Assembly (NCBI GenBank): GCA_047967505.1
Contig: CM106538.1
Reading direction: 5' to 3' (one strand)
Length of the DNA: 64,000 nt
From: Dipteris shenzhenensis
Lineage: Eukaryota
The notes beneath the pieces were generated by a model. It was not told the origin of the DNA, ran no database searches, and worked only from the letters and a program-made list of their open reading frames with translations. Shown in pieces: positions 47,901-58,159 of the stretch (position 1 is the stretch's first letter; each line of letters begins with the position of its first letter). Position numbers and translations under genes: made by a program.

Positions 47901-50900
47901 AAGGGAAGCAGAAAAGGCAAAAAAGCTCCGCAAGGAATGCCGACTAAAGAGATCCATTAGGGATGGAGAGGAAAATATTGATATGACACAAGAGCCCTCC
48001 TTGAACAAAATCCTCCACCGTAGCCAAGCCAATGCACACAAAGCCCTGGACAGCAGCCGCTACAACCACCGTACCGCTCCAACATCTATCAGCAAGCTCT
48101 AGAATTTTGTACCTCTAGCTCATACCAAACTACTAAGGGCTACAATAAATTAATGCTTGAAGACAATCAGACCACACAAAAGGAACTTGCTTTTCTAGAG
48201 TCCATTACGACCATGATAGTAGCTGCACAAAACATCCTAGCAAGGAGGCAGCAGTTTTCAATCCTCGAAAAACATTGTAGCAGTCAGGGCTAGCCTCAAG
48301 CTCTAGGAATCAGAAAAATTATTGCTATAGAAAGAGCAGCAAAGCAATTGGTCATGGAAGCCAGTGGATTAAAGGCCATAGAAATTAACAAACAACTTGA
48401 ACTAGGGTTGCAACAAACATAGGAGGCCTTGGCTATATAGCACTTGTGCAATGATACCATTCAGGATGACTATGACACTCTACAATGCCAAGCAACTAAG
48501 CTCATCGATGCAGGATTCATATAAGAGATAGTACACACATACTCCCATAGTCATTGTGCTAAAGAAGAAAGGCAAGATTAGAGTACGTGTTGATCTCATA
48601 AAAGGTAAATGTTTCCACTTATAAGGACCAGTATCCACCACTACCATTCATAGAGCATGCATTAGAGAGAGTCGCAAGAAAAGAAGCCTACAACTTTCTT
48701 GATGGATTCTTTGGATATAGCCAGGTATCCATAGCTCCAATGGATCAACTAAAATGGCATTTTCCATGGAATGGGGATTCTATGCTTCCTGAGTGATGTT
48801 TTTTGGGTTCATTAATGCTCCCACGACATTTCAAAGGCTGATGATCATTTCAATTGCCACAATCAGTGTAGTTGATTCAGACCGTGATTTTCACGACACT
48901 TTGAGTACATTTCTTGCACCATGTCTATGACTAGCAATCTCAATCTAGAGGCATCTGCTAAGCTAGACAACTCCAATTATGGCACATGGAAATACCGAAT
49001 GGAGACCATTCTTGTACTTCAGGACAAATGGGAGTATGTCGATGAATCTACACCTAGATCATTATATGACTTAGCCAGTAGTAGCTCTACTCCACCTGTT
49101 GTCATAGCAACAGTAGCAGGATCTTCAGCTACACCAACAGTTTTCGCAGGTGTAGCAGATCCTTCAATTGCCCGAGCACAGGCAGAATGGGATAAGAAAG
49201 ACAAAGTGTGCATATCATCTGATCAAGCAGAATGTGCAAGATGTCATACTAGTACATCTTAACATAATCAAGACATCAAAAGCATCAATTTCAAAAGCTT
49301 GATAGAGCTCAAGAACTACAATATGGCAATTATGATCCCTAAGCTACAGTTTCTTGGAAAAGTTTGTGAAGCATGCTGCTTTGGCAAACAAAAGAGAACC
49401 AATTTCGACAGAAGCACCTCTCGAGCACGACGTAATCTTGATTTGATTCATATAGACGTATGGGGTTATGCCCAGACCTATAGCATCAATGGTACATGAC
49501 TTCCATCGATGACTACAACAAATATTGTTGGGTCTACTTTCTGAAAGAGAAATTTGAAGTGCTTTCCATATTTCATGAATTCAAAGCCATGGCAGAAAAC
49601 CAGATAGGCAGAAAGATCAAAGTCATGAGATTAGATAGACGAGGTGAATACATGTCTTCAGTATTCATGAACTTTTGCAAAAGTCATGGCATTCGAAGAC
49701 AATTCACTTGTGCAGATACTCCTCAGTTGAATGCAAGAGCTAGAAGGAAGAATGGTACTTTAGCAAAGAGTGCTGGAGCAATGCTTAGTGAGAAGCATCT
49801 TCCGAATCAGTATTGGGTAGAAGCAATAGCCACTGTAAACTACTGGCTTAATCGACTTCCTACAAAACCGATTCAGGATATGACACCTTATGAAGCATTC
49901 ACTCGACAGAAGCCACACATTGGGCATCTCCGCATATCTGGTTGCATAGCATATGCCCACATACATGACGACCATCGCAGGAAATTGGATGCAAAGTCAC
50001 GCAAATGCATCATGGTTGGCTATAGTGAAGACAGCACACCGCAAGGTCATTATCTCTGGAGATGTAATCTTTGATGAGGAATCAAAATGGAAAACCTCAA
50101 ATACAAAGGAGATAGACACACCAATTACTCAGTCATCTACAGAAAAGATTGATGAAGAAGAGCAAGAATTGCCAGAAGCACCCCCAAAAGAACCACATCA
50201 ACTTAAACGATCTACTAGGGAAAGCAGACCTCCAGCCAGATTGACATATGCTGAGAAATGCAAAGCAATTCAGGTTGAAACCACCAGCTATGCTCTTGTG
50301 ACTACCATCATGGCTACAGAAGGACCAGTGTACTTTGAAGATGCAGTTGACAAGCCAAAATGGCAAACTGCTATGAATGACGAAATGGATGCTTTGTACA
50401 AGAATAATACTTGGAAATTATGCAACCTTCCACTAGGAAAGAAGGCCAAAGCAAACAAATGGATATACAAAGTGAAGTACAATCCAAATGGAAGCATTGA
50501 AAGATACAAAGCCAGACTAGTTGCAAAAGGATTTGCACAACAATATGGTCGGGATTATGATGAGACTTATGCTCCAGTAGCAAAGATGGATTCCATACGG
50601 TTCTTGAAATCACTAGCGACACTCAGTAGATGGACTGTGTACCATGGACTGTGTACCAGCTCGATGTCAAGAATGCATTTCTCAATGGTTACCTAGACGA
50701 GGAAGTGTACATGCAATAACCAGCATGTTATGTTGAACCAGGAAAGGAGATTCAGGTTTGCCATCTCAAACATGCAAAAGTGCAATAGTGATGTCTTCCC
50801 CTTGAACTTTGTAGTAGAGAGTATGATTTGCATTGGATTTCATGTATCCCAGATTAGCAAAATACTTGTTGATGCTGGTGTACCAACTTCTGGGTGCTTC

Positions 50901-53900
50901 CAGAACTCAATTCTAAGACAAATTCCAAGACAATAGTGCTTAAGTCCAAGATCTTTCATGTCGAACTCTGCCAGATAAGTCTTGTTTTAATTTCTTGATG
51001 AAGATATCCTTGCTTCCTATCACAATCAAATCATCTACATACAAAAGTGCAATAGTGATGTCTTTCCCTTGAACTTTGTAGTAAAGAGTATGATCTACAT
51101 TGGATTTCATGTATCCCAGCTCAACAAAATACTTGTTGATGCTGGTGTACCAACTTCTGGGTGTTTCCAAATCTCAATTCCAAGACAATAGTGCTTAAGT
51201 CCAAGATCTTTCATGTCGAACTCTGCCAGATAAGTCTTGTGTTAATTTCTTGATGAAGATATCCTTGCTTCCTATCACAATCAGATCATCTACGTACAAA
51301 AGTGCAATAGTGATGTCTTCCCCTTAAACTTTGTAGTAGAGAGTATGATCTGCATTGGATTTCATGTATCCCAAATCAGGAAAACACTTGTCGATGCTGG
51401 TGTACCAACTTCTGGGTGCTTGCTTTAAGCCATATAGACTTTTGAAGCAAGGATATCTTCATCAAGAAATTGAAACAAGACTTATCTACAGAGTTCAAGA
51501 TGAAAGATCTTGGACTTAAGCACTATTGTCTTGGAATTGAGTTTTGGAGAGATCCAGACAACACCTTTATGAGAGTCAGCTCAAATATGTTGGCAGTCTC
51601 TTGAAGAAGTTTCATATGGCAGAATGCAGGATTGTAGCCACTCCCATGGAACAAAGTTTGAAACTTACTAAAGATTTTGAAAAGCCTATAGTCAATGACA
51701 AGTACTATAGGCAACTCATCGGATCTCTTATATATATGACTATTACATGGCCAGATATTTGTTATGCAGTAAGTTCACTTGCACAATTTATGGCAAATCC
51801 AAAACAGACTCACTAGAATGCAGCCAAAAGAGTCTTGAGATATATTAGAGGTACAAGACAGTTTGGGATAGAATATAGAGTAAGTCATCCAAGGTTCCAT
51901 GGATACTGTGACAGTGACTATGCCGAAGATCATGAGACGAGGGGATCGACACATGAATATGCATTTTTCCTTGGTCAAGGTGCTATATTATGGTTGTCAA
52001 ATAAATAGCCAACTATTTCTTTGTTTTCAACTGAACCAGAATATAGAGCACTCACTACTTATGCATGTGAGGCTATATGGCTCAGAAGACTATTGTCAGA
52101 AACAGATTACTTTGATGAATCAAAGCCAACAACAATATATTATGATAATCAATCGGCTCAAGCATTGGCCAAGAATCCAGTATATCACTCCAAGATAAAG
52201 CACATTGATGTCAAAGAGCACTTCATCAAAGAAAGAGTGTTACTTGGTGACATTACACTGCAACATTGTGATAGCAAAGAGAATGTTGCAAACATCTTTA
52301 CCAAACCACTTGGTAAAGAGCTTTTCGAGAAACACCGACAAGCTCTTGGTTTGACTCAGAGGAAGGACATTCCCATTAAAGGGGTGTGATGGAATGTAAT
52401 GGTTAGTCCTTCTTCGATTTCCCAGAATCATCATCTTGAGGGAAGGCCTACTTCATGATGTTGATCTTGAGGGAAGGTGTTGAGAGACCACACTCAACAT
52501 CATGTGATTACATGTGCATTGCACTAACACATATAGAGTGCTATAAAGGAAAGAGTTAGATGCCTTAACCCTAACTCTAATTGGGTTTGTATATATTCTA
52601 CATTTTCAACTAAATCTAGTGTACAGTTAGTCATTTGTGGTGTGCTCTCTAGCTATGCCCTCTCTCCTCATCTCCACTCTTCTCCTCTCCCCTCTTCCTA
52701 TTTTGTCAAGCCCCACAGTAGAAAAGGCCTTCGACTCTTTTTTTTACAGATAAGAAATTTCATATGAAAAGGGGATACTATTCTTGTAACTTTTTCAATA
52801 GCCAAAAAACTCTCACAATTGGTGGAGAGGTTTTCTTGATTCATCCAAAAGGAGAAAGCTCCAAAATTGACAAAAAATATTGTCCAAAAGTCTTCAGGTA
52901 TCCCTATTTTACAATTTTAGTTAGTGATGTAGCTTTTCAATTTATATAAATTAAGTGGAAGAGGCCTCATTCAGGGCCACATTTGGCACCTCACTAGCAT
53001 TCTTTTCAAAAAGGAAAAATAATTTTTACCCTTAACTTGAAATCCATATCCATTTGGAGTAAAACTCCCTCTTCATGGCTTACCCTTCAAATTGCAGAAT
53101 TGAATAAATTGTGTGAGTATTGAGATTCACAAACTATTTGAGTACGTACAATAACATTCTTGGAATTTGCATTATCTATAATGGCTATATGTAGATAGGT
53201 AGATAAACATTAAAGATACATGAAGTGTGGCAATATGCATGAAATTATATCATCTATAGTGGGGGTTTAATATTAATAATTATATTTTTAATATTTAAGT
53301 TATACAAGAAAGGTATTGATACTAGCTTTGATAGCCTTATTGTGTCTACTAGCTTGGAGTTACCCCATGAAATACACATTAGTAGGAAATCAATGGGACA
53401 CACACAATTTATCTTCTCATTCCAAAAATTTCCATAGTTCCTAGTAAGGGATATATTTTTTATACTATTGTTACTTTTGGAACATCATTGATAAAGGTTT
53501 TTCACCATATTGTAATATGTATCCATAAGAAAATTCCCTTGTTCTATTATTTTCTCCCCTCCTTGTGCTATCATCCAAATAAGTTTGAGGCATAATGCTT
53601 AGAATTATATTTAAATGTTAAATGACTTTCTACTTAATAATCTAAGACAATAGAGTCATTTATACTATAAGAGAACTAGCACAATACCTTGATTGTCATA
53701 TTGGTCAGGATCTCCAATTGTAAACCCTTCTAGAGGGATCTCATTATGTGTCTTCCAATAACTATCATTAAAATATAATTGTGTCGATCCATTGATAAAC
53801 GGACGGTCATTCTTCGCTTGTAGCATTACTAAGATAGTCTTGATATCACCCTCCAATTTTCGATTATAGAGTTTAAGCTTGATGAAGTCATTTCCATTAA

Positions 53901-56648
53901 AATATGCATTCCTGTGTAAAGCCATATGGATAACATCATATATGTATATTATTCTAAGCCGACATATGACAAGATTCTCAATTTATGTATTAAGGACCCA
54001 TTCAACTACCTAGAAACCAAAAATGAAAAATTTCAATATAGCATTATTGCAAATATAAACAAAGTAAAGGAGATCAAAATGCATCGTATTGATCTACAAG
54101 ACTTCAAAATCATCATCATTAAACCTAAACATATTAGTCTATTATTTACATGATTATACATGTTTTTTTTGAACAGCCCTCCTCCATCTGGCTATTTATT
54201 AAACTATTCAAGTACATGAAGGCTCTTTTTGGTTGTAAGTAAAATTACTATCTTTTTGAACTGTGATTTTTCTTAGGCACAAATATTGGACCCATGTTCA
54301 AATATATGCATATAGCTATATAGCTCGGATTAGGCTAGCACATCTTCAGATGTATATTCACATTATTCAAGTCATCATGTTTTATACTTGTCATGGACCA
54401 CCCAAGTCACATTATTTGAGTCACATTTTCAAAGACTTATTGTGGACCACTCACTCTCATAAAAAGAACTTATCCTAAAATCAATTATCTCGTTCCCCTC
54501 ATGTCTTCTAAGTCTGTATATTTTGACTTTTGGATTCCCAATCCCAGAGAATCTAATTCCTAATCCTAGCTGTCCAATATTAGAACTTGCACAATGGCAA
54601 ACTCACATTGCGACACTAATTACATCACCTCTATAGAGAACACCGGACATACAGTAAAACTAGCCAACTTAACAACTACATCGCCTCCTCGATTAAAATT
54701 AATAGTCGCCTCCTTGCCCCCCCGATGCTAACCAAGAACACGAGCGGCCAAAAGAAAACAAATGATTGAATGACACATGTAGAACTCGGCCCCGATGAGC
54801 CAATGGCCGAAAATCGACGCCAGTTGGCGGTTCGGGGCCTTGGCTGATCTCACGGTTTCCTCCTCGCGGCCACCTATTTTGGGAGGGTTCCGTGCATTAC
54901 CCTGTATAACGGAGTGCTTGGACTGCAGTGAACATGAGGGCAAACGGTCCCATGAACTTCAACATCGGCATGGTAGAGTTTGGTTGCGAGTCTTCCTCGT
55001 TGTCGTACGATAGTATCTGGATCCCTTGCCATAGATGCGCCGAGTCCTCTGCAAACCGCAGATGCCCGTTTTCTGCCTCAGCTTCGATCGTCAACGTATC
55101 AGCAATATTAGGGCTCACAATTTCGAAACCTTGTATGCCCCTGCAGAACAGGAAATAGTAAGCATAGCGATAAACTACAATGGGAACGAGTATAATCTGG
55201 TTGAATTAAGATTTAGGTGTCAACAGTAAGTAAATGTCTGAGATTTGTCGGAAGGACAAGCATGGCGATAAACTACAATGTGAAAGAGTATAATCTGATT
55301 GAATTAAAGATTTAGGTGTCGAACAGTAAGAGGAAATGATAAGCATGGCGATAAACTATAATGTGTGAGCGTCTAATCCGATTGAATTAAGATGTAGGTG
55401 TCAAGAGTAAGTAAATGTCTGGAAGGATAAGCATGCGATAAACTACAATGTGAAATAATATAATCTGACTGAATTAAGATTTACGTGTCAACAGTAAGTA
55501 AACGTTTGAAATTTGTAGGAAATATATGTATGCGGTACCCTTTAGCTGGTATGGATTGATCTTCCAAGCCTACAATCACTTCGGGTGATGAGATAAACCG
55601 TGGTACTCGTGTATACACAGATATCTTCACATATCCTCTGGCGATTCGATCTTTGGGGTCCCTAATGGTATATATCAGACTGTCGCTCCCTGAAAAGTTC
55701 GCCCGGGGAGTGTACCTTAGCGAAGTTCCAATAATTTCGACTGTTCCGTTCCCGGGGGCCTACGTCAATGAAACAAGTACATTAGTGCTGCGTAAAGCTG
55801 GCAAAAGCTGCCCTCCGAGAAGTTACACTAAGGCCCTTCACAAATAGTCTAAGACTGTATGGTTAACGGGCGTTTGGAACAGATTGTTACGATAGAAACT
55901 GGCGTTATTGTATGCTCTCAATTCTATGCTTCTCACATCTGGCATTGGAAACAAAGTCTCCCTGCGCAGCCTCTTCTTCTGTCGTAGTGATTTAGATTAG
56001 ACCTCGGTGTAGAAGGTTAACGCTGAAAATATTTTGTCCCGAGTCTTTCGGGGAATCGAGGATTCTCTCACTTTGTTTGGCATCGTGCTCTAGGCTAACC
56101 GCATTTCAAAAGTTTTAAATTTAGACATGCAAAATTGTATCAACTCCCTTTACTTATCTTTTCTGCTTGGAAATATTTTTGCCTTGATGTGACAAATGGA
56201 AATGACTCGTGTTCACAAGCAGTTGTAGCTTTGGGTGAAAGGAATGCGGGATGTTTGTTGACTAGCTTTCTTCTAATTGCTAGCCTTCATCATGATTGAG
56301 TTGCCTTAATCACCTGTGGATCTAGCAGAAACTCAGTCCGGAGTCAAGGATGCTCATGTATGACATCCTAGGAACAATCCCAAGGGGCCACAAATGGCTC
56401 GTCCGATGTTGATCCGAGGGTTGGAAAGTTTAAGAGATTCCACTTCCAATCAACTGTTACATAATTTATCGCACTGCTCTTCAAATATGCACTAAATCGA
56501 AAATAAGATAATATTGGGCATACCTGACAAATTCCAGTCAAGGTGGGTGAACCGTAGGCTACACGATCATTTGAAAGTGGGTTGAAGCTTACAAAACTAT
56601 TCTCCCATGTCCACACCGCATCTTCCATCGCATTTGGTAGAATGTCAA
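39403..56648 (-). CDS. GEX2: GEX2-like gamete membrane protein gene, 3' part (exons 56648-56524, 55759-55539, 55140-54901, 53911-53688, 45938-45685, 42689-42548, 42426-42278, 39657-39403)
   Basis: All GT-AG junctions are phase-compatible. Product: LPNAMEDAVWTWEN..FNPLSND..LRYTPRANFSGSD..YTI..EDQSIPAKGGIQGFEI..LRYTGNAYFNGND..NDRPFI..FTIGDPD..VNDMGNFGCYGDC, a TM helix and an acidic tail. Collinear with angiosperm GEX2 as recalled. Confidence 0.87.
39932..40797. repeat. Tandem duplication of about 430 bp in the last GEX2 intron
   Basis: 39932-40364 vs 40363-40797 highly similar. Confidence 0.95.
42278..42426 (-). CDS. GEX2: GEX2-like exon (transmembrane helix)
   Basis: IRAKLAASLICCFIVTIYIVILILRYRR; positive-inside residues follow the hydrophobic run. 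Confidence 0.85.
42548..42689 (-). CDS. GEX2: GEX2-like exon
   Basis: LTIIVNDMGNFGCYGDCTKNDSVPL. Confidence 0.9.
42885..42960. repeat. (CT)n(CTAT)n microsatellite
   Basis: Directly visible. Confidence 0.97.
44333..44936. repeat. Tandem duplication with (CT)n tails (two full units, one partial)
   Basis: AAGACTAACTTATGTTACTT... at about 44333, 44598 (partial) and 44677. Confidence 0.9.
45685..45938 (-). CDS. GEX2: GEX2-like exon
   Basis: KIKKLQLEISLEVNQ...VHFQDSINSCNNALKSL; phase 1/0. Confidence 0.8.
46423..47110 (-). mobile_element. L1 ORF2 fragment (end of endonuclease and linker)
   Basis: LDYKPISL..SWFKANPFF..DKIDKIW..KW..IKTFLQ pattern. Confidence 0.7.
48490..48850 (+). mobile_element. 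Gypsy reverse transcriptase fragment
   Basis: PIVIVLKKKGKIRV, KDQYP.LPFIEHALERVA, FLDGFFGYSQV, FGFINAPTTFQRLM. Confidence 0.9.
48853..52708 (+). mobile_element. Second, 5'-truncated Copia of the 19950-24599 family (gag start, integrase, rearranged RT, RNase H, PPT, 3' LTR 52478-52708), in a GEX2 intron
   Basis: Same gag start and LTR; CEACCFGKQ, IDDYNKYCWVYFLK, KLDAKS, YKARLVAKGF; duplicated PPT at about 52432-52477. Confidence 0.95.
53688..53911 (-). CDS. GEX2: GEX2-like exon
   Basis: NAYFNGNDFIKL...NDRPFING...FTIGDPDQYDNQ. Confidence 0.88.
54901..55140 (-). CDS. GEX2: GEX2-like exon
   Basis: GIQGFEIVSPN...VQALRYTG; phase 2/2. Confidence 0.88.
55160..55505. repeat. Four tandem units of about 80-100 bp filling a GEX2 intron
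   Basis: AAGCATRGCGATAAACTACAATG..TAATCTGATTGAATTAAGATTTAGGTGTCAACAGTAAG x4. Confidence 0.93.
55539..55759 (-). CDS. GEX2: GEX2-like exon (Ig/cadherin-like repeat; absent from the ORF track)
   Basis: APGNGTVEIIGTSLRYTPRANFSGSDSLIYTIRD...EDQSIPAKG. Confidence 0.9.
56524..56648 (-). CDS. GEX2: GEX2-like exon
   Basis: DILPNAMEDAVWTWENSFVSFNPLSND...ICQ; CAG|GTATGC donor. Confidence 0.85.
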
Positions 56649-57288
56649 CTGTTTTCCATGTACTTTAAATTTGGAATTAGAAAATTAGTGTCATAAATCA
56701 TTTTGAATTAAGTGCAGGCTACTGATACTAAAAGAGACGTTCTTTCTTATGCATGGAAAAATATCCCAGATTGACAGATGAATAGACGTGTGATTATATG
56801 AAGATTGAAGCTTTTGAAGTACAGTATGTTCACTAAGGCCTGTATGCTTTTGTGGAATCTTTGTGAACAAACAGAACGAGGGAAAAAAGGAGGGGGGAGG
56901 AAACGTGTCACATGGCACCTGCATCATGCTCTCTATTAGAGATACATCGTTTTTTGAGGTCAGTTGACATCGCATATCCCCATCATTCATGTACATATTC
57001 TTTATGCTAGTAAAGACCCCTTGAATCGGCTTGTGGACAGCCCAATTGGCTTATAAGCATGCTAGAGGTAGCTGTACTAGCCCTCCCTCTTGTCTATTTA
57101 AGGGAGGCCATCATGCAAGTGGCATTGAAGGAGTGGAGCCAGCCCAAAGAGGACAGCTTCTAGCAAGCCAACGGCCCCAAGTTCAGTATGGAGGTCTTAG
57201 CTCTGTTCCCCAGTTTGGCACACCAGCCATTTAGCTTTATTCAAAGAGAAGTTGAAGCTCCATACATTCAACAAGTAGATAGAAAGTC

Positions 57289-57453
57289 AGGATTCTGCGA
57301 CATCCTCTCAGAATTTGACATCACTACTCTTCTCTGCCCTCTCCCTTTCAGAGTGATGAGACATTCAGAATTCTGTGACATCCTCTCAGAATTTGATATC
57401 ATCACTTTGCGAAAAGCATTGATAAAGCAGAGTGATGATGTCAAATCCTGAGG
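57289..57453. repeat. Small direct plus inverted repeat cluster
   Basis: ATTCTGYGACATCCTCTCAGAATTTGAYATCA x2 and an inverted GAGTGATGATGTCAAATCCTGAG. Confidence 0.7.
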
Positions 57454-58159
57454 GGGAGAGGAGTGTCTAAAGTTTTCCTATAGTAGGAGGAAAAATGAGT
57501 AGTTGGGATGTGAGTGAGGTAAATCATGAACCTTTGAGAAAGAGATGTCTTCAATTTTGAAGGTCTTCGAAAGAATGGCCAAAGAGTTTGAACCTTCAAC
57601 TATGTGAAAGTCCCAAAGGGATTATTATCAGAGAAATATTAGCAATAAGGAAGAGAGTTGATGTTTCCTTTTCAGAAAATGGAGCCTGGAGGTGTGAGTT
57701 TTTAAATTTACTCATCTCTTTGGTTTCTTGCGAACCTCTTGGGATCCTCTACAGGCAAGAGTGCACTTGTTGCGAGCAGGAGGTTGTCCCTGTAGTTCAT
57801 AGCATTATTTTTTTCAGTTCACAGCATTTTTAGAGAAGTAGGCAGGCGCAGCTTAAGTACACCCCCTTGAAGAGTCTTCCGTTTGTGCACATTGGGCTGC
57901 TGTGACCTACCTGCATTTTTTCGCTTGCACCCCTCAGAGCAGCATATACAATTCTGCTTCGCGAGACGCTCATCGTGTGGCATGTGGATAGGTGCAGAGC
58001 TTTTACTTTTTCAAGGTGTGGGATCGAGTATGAGATGTCTGCCATGTTGGAATAACAGATGGAGGTTGCTTGTTGTAGCAACAGTTAAGACTATGCACTA
58101 TGCCCAGGAATCACACACTGGGTAAAAAAATCTCACTCCTCTATCAGTGCATACAAGTA

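Noticed and set aside
56258-56296. Hammerhead-like string on the minus strand (aTGATGA..GAAAGCTA)
   Set aside because: C3 is replaced, stem I does not pair, stem II is weak, and the copies near 5080 and 61460 lack GAAA.
56691-57020. Candidate upstream GEX2 exons
   Set aside because: No recognisable filamin or GEX2 motif; splice sites weak.
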